From a virus (taxonomy: Duplodnaviria; Caudoviricetes): a stretch of DNA of 26,171 bases. How positions within the stretch are numbered: the stretch's first letter is position 1; each line of letters opens with the position of its first letter. The DNA is taken from positions 1 through 26,171 of the IMG/VR virus record IMGVR_UViG_3300030376_002463. One strand, 5' to 3'. A program made the translations under genes and the position numbers. Under the pieces are notes generated by a model that was not told the DNA's origin, did not search any database, and saw nothing but the letters and a program-made list of their open reading frames with translations. Below, one piece after another: positions 1-8,926 of this stretch.

Positions 1-189
1 ACGTATTCTATGTCACCTAACGGGTTATTAACATTTAAACATACTACTGGAACACATGATGACTTTGTGGATGCTCTGTTATTAGCTAATTATTCGCGTG
101 CTCGATTCATGGATCGAGGTACAATGACGGTAAAAGGCTCTAAAATAACCCCTAAAACTAAGTCAGTATACAGAAAATTACCAGTATAA
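1..189 (+). CDS. terL: Terminase large subunit, C-terminal fragment (5' truncated by window)
   Basis: Frame 1 reads TYSMSPNGLLTFKHTTGTHDDFVDALLLANYSR...KLPV* (TAA 187-189). HDDxVDAL is the typical end of the TerL RNase H-like nuclease domain. Not in the ORF track. Confidence 0.8.
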   Translation, partial: TYSMSPNGLLTFKHTTGTHDDFVDALLLANYSRARFMDRGTMTVKGSKITPKTKSVYRKLPV

Positions 190-212
190 AGTAAAAATAA
201 CTAGTGAAATAG

Positions 213-242
213 TTGATATTCTGCTAAATTTTTACTAACTTC
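213..242 (+). promoter_or_regulatory. Candidate Bacteroidota sigmaA-type promoter (TTGA-N19-TAACTTC)
   Basis: Same 19-20 nt spacing as the other intergenic copies; resembles the -33 TTTG / -7 TAnnTTTG consensus. Confidence 0.4.
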
Positions 243-403
243 TCTATAAAGAACAAAGAGAAAGAAAGAAAAGTTAAGAGAAAGAAGCTATTGTTCTTCC
301 CGATAGAGTAACGAAGGGGGGAAAATAGTTCTATAAAGAAGGTTAGCAAGACTTACAAACAAAGGCTAACTATAAACCAAAGACAATTAATATATAACCC
401 AAG

Positions 404-411
404 CTATTTAT
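404..411 (+). promoter_or_regulatory. CTATTTAT motif, candidate phage late promoter
   Basis: Identical 8-mer precedes the genes at 418, 10594, 16342 and 23795. Confidence 0.5.
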
Positions 412-417
412 AAGTGT

Positions 418-1179
418 ATGGCAACAACAAAAAAAATAAAAGTAGATATACCTGAGTATCTAACTATAAGACAGTATCAAGCTTTACAAAAATATAAGAC
501 TATAGATACTAAATTTGAAAAACTAGTAAAGGTAGTAAGTACATTTACCAATCTATCGTATGAGGAAATAAGAAACTTACCTCCTGGTACTATAACTAGT
601 ATATACCAAGACATAAATAAGTTAAGTGATCATGAAGATACATTTTATGCCATATGTGAATTTAAAGGTAACGTATTAGGATATCAAGATATAAAAGCTT
701 CCTCTTTAGGTTCTTACATTGACTTAGAAAATTTATCTAAAGAAGGACTGGATGAAAACTTACATAAGATAGCAGCTCTATTATATAGACCTATAACAAA
801 AAATACTCTAGGTGGATATAAATGGACAGTTAAGAATGCTATCAAGCTAGCTAATAACTCAGTAGAGAATGTCTTCGACTATTATGACATAGAAGAATAT
901 AATTCAGATAAAAGAAAAGAAGTAGAAAAAGACTTCTTAGACTTTCCAGTACATATCTTATTAGGAGCTCTTGGTTTTTTTTTAGGCAGCGCAAGCATGT
1001 ATTTAGCAAATATAGCCTTTTCGGAGGACAAATCGATAAGCCAGCAGATGATGAAGACAACAGAGGAGAAGATACTACAGGGTCTTTCTTTAAGCATTGG
1101 GGATGGTTTGCAACTCTTTACGAACTCGCAAAAACAGATGTACTTCAAATTACCGGCGACAAGTCGATCACAGAATTAA
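418..1179 (+). CDS. Tail assembly chaperone (gpG-like, frame-0 product, 253 aa)
   Basis: Heads the tail module; contains GGT TTT TTT TTA (T9 at 975-983) with a long open -1 frame behind it. Confidence 0.65.
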   Translation: MATTKKIKVDIPEYLTIRQYQALQKYKTIDTKFEKLVKVVSTFTNLSYEEIRNLPPGTITSIYQDINKLSDHEDTFYAICEFKGNVLGYQDIKASSLGSYIDLENLSKEGLDENLHKIAALLYRPITKNTLGGYKWTVKNAIKLANNSVENVFDYYDIEEYNSDKRKEVEKDFLDFPVHILLGALGFFLGSASMYLANIAFSEDKSISQQMMKTTEEKILQGLSLSIGDGLQLFTNSQKQMYFKLPATSRSQN

Positions 1180-1295
1180 ATTTGATATTTACTCTTAACT
1201 ATTTGGAGATAGATAAAGACTTTAATGAACAGAAAGCCAAACAAGAAAAACAAGCACAACAACAATACAAGACTTCAAGATATGGCAAAGTATAA
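418..1295 (+). CDS. Tail assembly chaperone -1 frameshift product (gpGT-like, ~292 aa)
   Basis: After T9 at 975-983 the -1 frame reads FRQRKHVFSKYSLFGG...SFFKHWGWFATLYELAKTDVLQITGDKSITELNLIFTLNYLEIDKDF...RYGKV* (TAA 1293-1295). It has no ATG of its own. Confidence 0.7.
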
Positions 1296-1464
1296 TAAGA
1301 AAAAAAATGTCTCTAAGGAAGATATCTCTATTGATGATAGTATCATAGTAGAAAAAAAAGATCCTTTGAGAGATAAAATCTTAGAGCTAAGAGCTAAAGG
1401 ATTTAATAATGCAAGAATAGCAGCAACATTAATGATACATAAACAAACAGTAGATAAGATATGA
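1282..1464 (+). CDS. Small helix-turn-helix protein (60 aa)
   Basis: ILELRAKGFNNARIAATLMIHKQTV is an HTH pattern. ATG 1282 is preferred over 1225 because it minimises overlap with the frameshift ORF. Confidence 0.55.
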   Translation: MAKYNKKKNVSKEDISIDDSIIVEKKDPLRDKILELRAKGFNNARIAATLMIHKQTVDKI

Positions 1465-1607
1465 CACCAGAACAAAAAGCTGAAGCTAGAGTAGAAGCAA
1501 TCAGAGTAGCAATTAGACAAGAAAAGGATGCAGGACAGCCTAAACAAGTTCTAATTGACATGACTATATTTGATAACGGACTCATAGAAGAAGTATATAG
1601 TGAGTAG
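1461..1607 (+). CDS. Hypothetical protein (48 aa, MTPEQKAEARVEAIRVAIRQEKDAG...)
   Basis: ATGA overlap with the upstream stop; fills the gap and overlaps the GTG at 1600. Below the ORF-track cutoff. Confidence 0.6.
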   Translation: MTPEQKAEARVEAIRVAIRQEKDAGQPKQVLIDMTIFDNGLIEEVYSE

Positions 1608-2070
1608 AGAACATAACATACCGTACTACGAGATTATTCAAGACTTTCGTAATGCTTGTAATGCAAACCAGGCTATTGCTACGTTTGATACAGGTACGTT
1701 AGATTTCTTAGATGCTAATGCTGTAAATAAATCTTATCCGTATGTTTATTTGAGACCAATATCGTCTCAAGGAGTGGTCGATAAAGTAAGAGGATTAACT
1801 TTTGAATTATACTCGATGGATGTACCCCAATTATCAGACCAATCTCCTGTTAATGTAATGTCTAAGACTGAGATGACCATTTATGGTTTACTTAGTTATT
1901 TTAATTATGGACCAACTTCGGTACAACAAAAATATGAAATAGATATAACTGACTTAAGTCCAGTTAATGAAGCATTTCAAGATAGAGTATTTGGTTGGGT
2001 AGCTACTATAAATGTATTGACTCCATTTAAATGGGACTATTGTGATTATCCACAAACAGGAAGTTTATAA
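1600..2070 (+). CDS. Putative tail terminator/tail completion protein
   Basis: 156 aa with YPYVYLRP and FQDRVFGWVATINV patterns; position in the tail module. Confidence 0.55.
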   Translation: MSREHNIPYYEIIQDFRNACNANQAIATFDTGTLDFLDANAVNKSYPYVYLRPISSQGVVDKVRGLTFELYSMDVPQLSDQSPVNVMSKTEMTIYGLLSYFNYGPTSVQQKYEIDITDLSPVNEAFQDRVFGWVATINVLTPFKWDYCDYPQTGSL

Positions 2071-2387
2071 TGGCAAAACAATCTGACATACTAAAGGCAT
2101 TACAGATCTTTACCAAAAAATGGGTAAAGCAAATGAAGGAATTAGTTCCTGTCAGATCTGGTGATTTAAAAGATAGTATACAATCTGTAGATAGACCAGA
2201 ACCAATTATAGGAATGTTATACTACGGACAGTATGTAGACCAAGGAACTAGATATATAAGAGGTAGTTCTATAACTCCTTTTATTGGTGATGGATTTGAT
2301 AAGGCTTACAAAGAAGTAGGAAATGAGTTTTCGGATGAAGTATATAAACAAATAGAAAAACAATTTGATAAAGCATTTAAGAAGTAA
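2070..2387 (+). CDS. HK97 gp10-like tail/neck completion protein
   Basis: PVRSGDLKDSI ... YGQYVDQGT ... PFI matches the gp10-like PVxTGxLxxSI / YxxxVExGT / PF motifs. Confidence 0.7.
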   Translation: MAKQSDILKALQIFTKKWVKQMKELVPVRSGDLKDSIQSVDRPEPIIGMLYYGQYVDQGTRYIRGSSITPFIGDGFDKAYKEVGNEFSDEVYKQIEKQFDKAFKK

Positions 2388-3571
2388 TGGCTGTAACTAT
2401 AATTAACCAACCGTCATATCCTAACGTAACTCATACGAACTTGATCTATGAAGTTAGTTCTGATAAAGCAGGACAAGCTCAATTTCAATACGTAATGGAT
2501 GTTAGACTTGGAGCTACTTTGCTTGCAAGAATAAAACAATATCCTAACCCACAGGGTAAAGGAGTCTTTGACCCTTCTAAAATATTTAACGATTATTTAG
2601 AATATGACGAAACAATAATCGAAACATTTTTAACAACTACCTTTGGAGCTAGTGATAGAACATTTAATGTATTTTTTGGTGAACAATATTCAGATAACTT
2701 TACCAATCCAACAACATTATATACGGGTGCCGGTGTAACAGTCGGTGATCCTTCTATAGCAGGAGTAAATGCAAGAGTATTTCCTGGTACTGTAGATCCA
2801 AATAACGGTACATCTTTTAATTGGTTAGATATAAATACATCACCTAAGTATTTAACTAACCATCCTTTAAGACCAAATGATATAGAAGATTATCATTGTC
2901 TAAATAAAAATACAGATGCTATTGTAGGACAATATGGTGGTGGACAAGTTTATTATTACTTAGTTAATGCAGCTGGTTCTAACATAGCAACAATAAACAT
3001 GGGAGTACAAGATACTTTAACTTATATTCCTGTAGGTGGACAAAATATGTTAGGTAGAGGTATAGCTCAATCTATTTTAGATAATACAGTTACTAGTTAC
3101 TTAACTTTAGGTAATAGTGATTACAGATATTATTTTTATTGGAAACCTGATTGTCATTATGACACAACTAACTTTATTTTTATAAACAAATACGGAGCTT
3201 GGGATAACTTTACAGTTACTTTACCTACTGACAAGCAAACAAGAATAACAAGAGATGAATTAAAAAGACCTTTTGTTAACTACTCTAACGACGGTGCTTA
3301 CAATCTACAGAGAAGAGGAAGAGATTATTATAACTTAGACTTTTTAGATAGCTATGTGGTATCTTCGAATTGGTTAAGTCAAGGTCAAGCTGAATGGTTA
3401 ACAGAAATGTTAGAATCACCTAAAGTATTTATACAAAATAATGGAGGTGGTGTAACACCGATTGTAATAACTAATTCAAGCTATACCAGCTTTACAAATA
3501 AAAAAGCTCAAAAGACATTTGAGTTTGAAATCGAATACCAATACGCTAACGCAAGAAGAAGTGTAAGTTAA
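2387..3571 (+). CDS. Structural tail protein (distal tail/hub-like)
   Basis: 394 aa; FINKYGAWDNF and WLTEMLESPKVF motifs typical of the gene preceding the large tail protein in Bacteroidota phages; translationally coupled. Confidence 0.55.
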   Translation: MAVTIINQPSYPNVTHTNLIYEVSSDKAGQAQFQYVMDVRLGATLLARIKQYPNPQGKGVFDPSKIFNDYLEYDETIIETFLTTTFGASDRTFNVFFGEQYSDNFTNPTTLYTGAGVTVGDPSIAGVNARVFPGTVDPNNGTSFNWLDINTSPKYLTNHPLRPNDIEDYHCLNKNTDAIVGQYGGGQVYYYLVNAAGSNIATINMGVQDTLTYIPVGGQNMLGRGIAQSILDNTVTSYLTLGNSDYRYYFYWKPDCHYDTTNFIFINKYGAWDNFTVTLPTDKQTRITRDELKRPFVNYSNDGAYNLQRRGRDYYNLDFLDSYVVSSNWLSQGQAEWLTEMLESPKVFIQNNGGGVTPIVITNSSYTSFTNKKAQKTFEFEIEYQYANARRSVS

Positions 3572-3572
3572 T

Positions 3573-6500
3573 ATGGATACAATTATAAGAGTATTTTATG
3601 AAGGTTCTACTTATGACCTTCAGCTATCTGAAGACATAGCTCTTAGATTAGATGTATCAGCTGTTGAAGCAGGTGAACTAGGATCTTTCTTTGGAGTAGG
3701 TAGTCAAGAGTTTTTTATGCCTGGTACAAAAGACAATAATAAGTTTTTTGCTCATGCATATAAAGTAGGCTCTGATGATATACCTGGTATCTATAATACT
3801 GTACAAGCTTATGTAATTAAGAAAGGAGAGACAGTCTTAGAGGGGCAGTTACAGCTAATAGAGATTATAACTGACGATACATCTGAATATACTTCTTATA
3901 AGTGTTCAATAGTTGATAGTGTGGTAGCCTTTAAAGATCAACTAGCTAGTAAATTACTTAAAGATGCTGATTGGTCTCCTTACTCACATAGTATATCTTC
4001 TCAATCAATACTTGACTCATGGGAAGGTAATCTAAATGGTGGTAGTATCTTTTATCCTTTTGCAGAATATGGATACGATGATTCAAACGGCAGTAGTAAC
4101 TTACCAACTAAAGCATTTATACCATTAGGTAATCCAACAATAGGACAATACTTAAACCAACCAGCTACACCTTTATTACCGTTACAATGTATTCCTTCGA
4201 TAAGAGCTAAAGATGTAGTAGATACAATATTTGATCAAGTAAATTACATACCTTCTGGTAGTTGGTATGAAGATCAAGATACAGAAAAATTATTTATACT
4301 ACCTAAAGGTCAAGAAGATGGAGGAGTAACAGTAAGTGAAGGATTAACTCCTACATTTGATGCTTTTGCTTGGTCTTATCCTTTACAGTCTATAACTGGT
4401 GTAAGTGGTCCAACTATTGGACCTATTGTAGGGTATAACTATGTAACTACAAACAATTTAAATAGATATGATAATCAATGTTATAGTTATGAAACACTAG
4501 GTATAGGTACTCATAAATTTAATGCTAGTGTAGTATTTTTTAACCCTGTTTGGAACACACCAGGTGAAACTGTTAAAATAAAAATTAACATTAATAAAGG
4601 GACTAGAAATTGTGTATCCCAAACACCACAAGGAGCAATAGCATTTTCAAATGAAGTAGAACTTACATCGGCAGATGGATTTAACTCATTTACTTTAGAA
4701 GTTAATGGAGAAGAATTTGTTACTATACCTGGTCAAGATTGGTGGATATCGGTAGAGTATACTTATTCTACTACAGGACCTGTTCCTAATTTAACTCTTT
4801 ATTCTGGTACTTATTCTTGTATTAAAGCACCTCAAGTATATGATGGAGTAAATGTAAATATGGGTGAACAGTTCGATGCAAGAACTAAATCTATAGATCT
4901 AATAAAAGGATTATTAGAACAGTTTAACTTAGTAATGACTCCAGATCCAACTAATGAAAGAGTCATACGTATAGATAGATTTGATGAATGGGTTAGAGAT
5001 GGTAGATTAGTTAACTGGACAGAAAGATATGATACTGCTAAAAGAGAGGCAATAAATCATACTATAGATGAAGTACCAAGAACTCTTACATTTAAGCAAG
5101 AGAAAGATGAAGATAGATTCTCTAAACTTGCTATAGATAACGTACCTAACTTAGAATATGGTTCAATAGAAACTATAGCAGATAATAATTTATCTCAAGG
5201 AGAAAGAAGTATAGGGTCTTATTTTGGTCCTTTAATTTTACAGTCTCCTTTTGAATGGAATAGTTTAGACGAAAACGATCAACCAACCTGGAATATAGAC
5301 CAATCTTTAAATATGGTCTTTCCTGCGTTATATAAATTAGATAATAATAAACTAAAGACGTTTAAGTTTAAACCAAGAATAGGATATAAGAACGAAATAC
5401 CTATTACAAACGATTATAGAATTTATTTTGGTAACCCAGGAGCATACGAAACATTAAGTGGTAGTTATTATACTCTAACTAATACATCTGATTATCCTGT
5501 TATACCTAATTCTTCTAACGATACATTATTTAACAATAGCTTTGGTAGCTTTGTAAATAACCAAGCTCAATTAGGTTTATCTAACGATAGTTTTAACAAG
5601 AACTGGAAAACTTACGTAGATAGTTTATATTGGGAAGGTAGTAAAAAATTAACTCTTGATATAGAGTTTAACGCTAACGAGTATAAAGATATAAGACTTA
5701 ACGATAAGGTTTACATTAGAGACCAATATTATCGTATAAACAAAATAAGTGGATTCAATGTATCACACGATGATACAGCTAAAGTTGAGTTAATAAAATT
5801 GTATCCTTCTTATTTCCAACAGGATGTAGTAGCTACACCAGTACCAGTTGTACCTGTAGCACCGGTGGCACCGTCACCACCTACTCCTGTTCCGACTATT
5901 AGTCCAGCACCAACTGTTGTACCAGTACCTGTAACACCAAGTCCTGCTACAGCACCATCACCAGCAGCACCATCTCCAGTTAGTCCTGTTCCTATTCAAC
6001 CTAGACCACCAGTAACTATTGGTACGTTCTACTTAACATCAGCTAGTGGAACAGCTACAACTTGTGCATTAACTGCAACACAAACAGTATATGCATTAAC
6101 AACTAACATAGATGATATTGGTGATACTATAAATACATTATATGCAGATCCATCTTGTACAGTACCTTACTTTGGTAATGGTTATTACTATGGTATATCT
6201 GATACTAGTGGTCAATTACCAAAATACGAATTAGTAGTAATGGGTACAGGAGGAGTAAATGGTAGAACAACTTGTCCTACAGTAACACCAGTACCAGTAT
6301 CACCAGGAGAATTTTATAGAGGTGGACCACAAGGTAGTTCAACTAATGCTTGTACTGATGCAGTAGATCAAGGAAGTTTATTTGTACCTTATGCACCTTC
6401 TGTAGAATATGTACAATCAGGAGATACAGTTTATACTGATGCATCATTTAGTTTAACGTTTAGTGGTTCTAATAGTTGGTATGCATTAAGTAATCCTTTA

Positions 6501-8915
6501 GTAGCATCTGCACAGATGGCTATACAAGTAAATGACTTTGGTAGAGTAGTAGGTAGACAAGATTGTGTTCCTTTACCACCAGCTCCACCACCACCATCAC
6601 CAAGTCCTGCACCAATTATAGTAAGTACTTATTATTTATCTGATGCATTTGGTACTAATGTTGGTTGTTCATCTACAACTGATGGATATGAAGTATATGC
6701 AAATACTTTAGATATAAACGATATTTTATCTGGTTCAGTAGCACAATTATTTACAGATCCTACTTTAACTACACCTTTCTTTGGTAATGGTTTCTATTAT
6801 GGAGTAAGTGATATAAGTAGTGGATCAGCTAAAGGAGAATTAGTAATATTAGGTACAGGATTCTTCTCAGTTAATGATGTATGTCAGACAGTAACACCAG
6901 CTCCTACTTCACCAGGTGAGTTTAGAAGAACTAGTAACTTTGGTTCTGCTGGTAATACTTGTGGAGAGTTAACTGACGATGGAACAGTATTTGTTAAGTT
7001 TGCTCCTTCTGTAGGATATATAAATGGAGGAGATCAATTATATACAGATGCTTCATTTACTTCTAAGTTTAACCAATCAAACAATAGCTGGTATGGTTTA
7101 TCTGATCCTAATGTAGCTTATTCACAAAGAGCTGTACAAGTAGGAACAAATGGTAAAGTAATTACATTCTCAGATTGTGTACCTATTGCACCAGTAGCTC
7201 CAATACCAACTCCAGCTCCAGTATCAGCAGTAGAAAGTATGTTCTTAAGTGATACAGGATATACAACAATATCAGGAGCTTGTGCACATGCAGCATTAGA
7301 TATAGAAGCATTCTACGATTCTAACTTAGTATCTGCTTCATCTGGTTATCCTTGGACTAACGGAACTAAACTATATCAAGACTCTGGATTAACTAATGTA
7401 TTTACAGGTAGTTTCTTATATTGGTTATCTAGACCGATTATAAACTCTTATAATAAAAATAATGTATCTGCTTTATACATCCAAGATGATGGTCAAGCAT
7501 TCCAAGCAGGAGGATTATGTGGAACTGTACCTCCAGTAACTAGTTACAAAATGGGTATGACAGTACCTCCACAAAATAATGCTTCATTAGCTTGTAGTGT
7601 AACAGCTTCAGTAGAAGTTTATTCTGCAGAAACATTTAACAATATAACATCTGGTGACTATATTTACTACGATGCTACTTTACAAACACCGGTAACAGGT
7701 AGTAATTATGTAGCATTAGCAATCATAACAGGTTCATTACCGACTAAATCAGCATTTGTAACTAATGCAGGTAACTTGTTAAGTATGGTAACTTGTCCAC
7801 CAACACCACCTCCAGTTACTTCTTATGAGTATAAAGCTACGTCTGGTTTCTTATCAGCAACAGGACCTTGTACTGACTTCTTAGATGCTTATACATTCTA
7901 TAGTTCAAGAGCTTCTCATACATCAATACAAAATGGAGATACACTTTATAGTGACGCTACTTTAACTACACCAACTACTTTAGGAGGTAATGGATTAGCT
8001 TACGGTGTAGGAACAAGTGATATGACTTATCCATCTCAATCATTCTATATGGTAGGTGGAGTATTAAGTGGTAGTACTTCTTGTGCAGGAGTACCAACAC
8101 CACCACCTCCGGTACCGGTATCACAATTCTATCAATACGAATTATTCCCTTGTACTGGATCAGGAGCAATATATAGAAACTCTAACGTATCAGCATCAGT
8201 AGGAAGCTCAGTAACTTTATCTGGTAGTGATGCAGGAACTAATTGTTTCGAGATTAACAGTGTAATAATTTATCCTGGTAGTACTACTGAAACATTAGAA
8301 AATATTGTTTATGCATCTTGTGCTAGTTGTCAAGGAGCACCAACTCCTCCTCCACCTTCACCAGTACCAGCATTTACAATCTATAATAATGCAGGATATA
8401 GTTCAGCAGTAGGTTGTTCAGCATCTGGTAGTAATACAAGATTTGCAGCAACAAGTTCGGCACACTTACAAAATGGAGATGTAATTTATTTATCTAGTGC
8501 ACTAACTACTGTCTTTGATGGTAATAACTTAAACTTTGGTTTCTCAGATACAGTAGGAGGTAGTCCATTAGTACAAGGATTTGTAGCTCCTAACGGTATA
8601 CTATCATCAGTAACGTCTTGTCCTCCACCACCAGTTCCTACTAGTGTTTATAGCCATGATATAGGTGACTGGAATCAATCTAACATAGCAGTATGTAGTG
8701 ATAGCTTTACTGGAACAGTTTATACAGCAGTACCTTATGCTGACATAACATTAGGAACTTTAGTATATACAGATTCAGGATTAACAACTCTATTTGATGG
8801 ATCGTCAGGAATATATAGCTCAGGATGGTTTAGATTTGGGTCAAGCGGGGCTAGCATTCCTATATTAATAAACAGCGCTGGACAGATGCAAAACTTCGGA
8901 ATCGTTTGTTCTTAA
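3573..8915 (+). CDS. Large tail (hub/central fibre) protein with ten Cys-bounded domains and Pro-rich linkers
   Basis: The N-terminal ~750 aa look like a tail hub (GSQEFFMPGTKDNNKFF ... IRLNDKVYIRDQYYRINKISGFN). A 62-aa Pro-rich segment and repeated ~90-aa domains follow. Confidence 0.7.
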   Translation: MDTIIRVFYEGSTYDLQLSEDIALRLDVSAVEAGELGSFFGVGSQEFFMPGTKDNNKFFAHAYKVGSDDIPGIYNTVQAYVIKKGETVLEGQLQLIEIITDDTSEYTSYKCSIVDSVVAFKDQLASKLLKDADWSPYSHSISSQSILDSWEGNLNGGSIFYPFAEYGYDDSNGSSNLPTKAFIPLGNPTIGQYLNQPATPLLPLQCIPSIRAKDVVDTIFDQVNYIPSGSWYEDQDTEKLFILPKGQEDGGVTVSEGLTPTFDAFAWSYPLQSITGVSGPTIGPIVGYNYVTTNNLNRYDNQCYSYETLGIGTHKFNASVVFFNPVWNTPGETVKIKININKGTRNCVSQTPQGAIAFSNEVELTSADGFNSFTLEVNGEEFVTIPGQDWWISVEYTYSTTGPVPNLTLYSGTYSCIKAPQVYDGVNVNMGEQFDARTKSIDLIKGLLEQFNLVMTPDPTNERVIRIDRFDEWVRDGRLVNWTERYDTAKREAINHTIDEVPRTLTFKQEKDEDRFSKLAIDNVPNLEYGSIETIADNNLSQGERSIGSYFGPLILQSPFEWNSLDENDQPTWNIDQSLNMVFPALYKLDNNKLKTFKFKPRIGYKNEIPITNDYRIYFGNPGAYETLSGSYYTLTNTSDYPVIPNSSNDTLFNNSFGSFVNNQAQLGLSNDSFNKNWKTYVDSLYWEGSKKLTLDIEFNANEYKDIRLNDKVYIRDQYYRINKISGFNVSHDDTAKVELIKLYPSYFQQDVVATPVPVVPVAPVAPSPPTPVPTISPAPTVVPVPVTPSPATAPSPAAPSPVSPVPIQPRPPVTIGTFYLTSASGTATTCALTATQTVYALTTNIDDIGDTINTLYADPSCTVPYFGNGYYYGISDTSGQLPKYELVVMGTGGVNGRTTCPTVTPVPVSPGEFYRGGPQGSSTNACTDAVDQGSLFVPYAPSVEYVQSGDTVYTDASFSLTFSGSNSWYALSNPLVASAQMAIQVNDFGRVVGRQDCVPLPPAPPPPSPSPAPIIVSTYYLSDAFGTNVGCSSTTDGYEVYANTLDINDILSGSVAQLFTDPTLTTPFFGNGFYYGVSDISSGSAKGELVILGTGFFSVNDVCQTVTPAPTSPGEFRRTSNFGSAGNTCGELTDDGTVFVKFAPSVGYINGGDQLYTDASFTSKFNQSNNSWYGLSDPNVAYSQRAVQVGTNGKVITFSDCVPIAPVAPIPTPAPVSAVESMFLSDTGYTTISGACAHAALDIEAFYDSNLVSASSGYPWTNGTKLYQDSGLTNVFTGSFLYWLSRPIINSYNKNNVSALYIQDDGQAFQAGGLCGTVPPVTSYKMGMTVPPQNNASLACSVTASVEVYSAETFNNITSGDYIYYDATLQTPVTGSNYVALAIITGSLPTKSAFVTNAGNLLSMVTCPPTPPPVTSYEYKATSGFLSATGPCTDFLDAYTFYSSRASHTSIQNGDTLYSDATLTTPTTLGGNGLAYGVGTSDMTYPSQSFYMVGGVLSGSTSCAGVPTPPPPVPVSQFYQYELFPCTGSGAIYRNSNVSASVGSSVTLSGSDAGTNCFEINSVIIYPGSTTETLENIVYASCASCQGAPTPPPPSPVPAFTIYNNAGYSSAVGCSASGSNTRFAATSSAHLQNGDVIYLSSALTTVFDGNNLNFGFSDTVGGSPLVQGFVAPNGILSSVTSCPPPPVPTSVYSHDIGDWNQSNIAVCSDSFTGTVYTAVPYADITLGTLVYTDSGLTTLFDGSSGIYSSGWFRFGSSGASIPILINSAGQMQNFGIVCS
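5832..8912 (+). repeat. Intragenic array: Pro-rich stalk plus ten ~90-aa domains with a GDxLYxDxxLT...G..YYG-type motif
   Basis: Domains 1/3 share (Y/F)FGNG(Y/F)YYG(I/V)SD.S.G...ELV(V/I).GTG; domains 2/4 share SPGEF.R...APSV.Y...GD..YTDASF...NSWY.LS.P. Each ends in Cys, and the first nine are followed by a Pro-rich linker. Confidence 0.85.
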
Positions 8916-8926
8916 CAATATAACTT

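Noticed and set aside
1225-1281. N-terminal extension of the HTH ORF from ATG 1225
   Set aside because: Overlaps the -1 frameshift coding region; ATG 1282 fits better.
851-1585. Minus-strand ORFs 851-1060, 882-1148, 1275-1547, 1403-1585
   Set aside because: Shadows of tightly coupled plus-strand genes; no recognisable motifs.
5832-8912. Repeats as a CRISPR array or DGR template/variable pair
   Set aside because: Similarity is at peptide level in one frame; no identical DNA repeats with spacers, no adenine-specific pattern noticed, no reverse transcriptase in the window.
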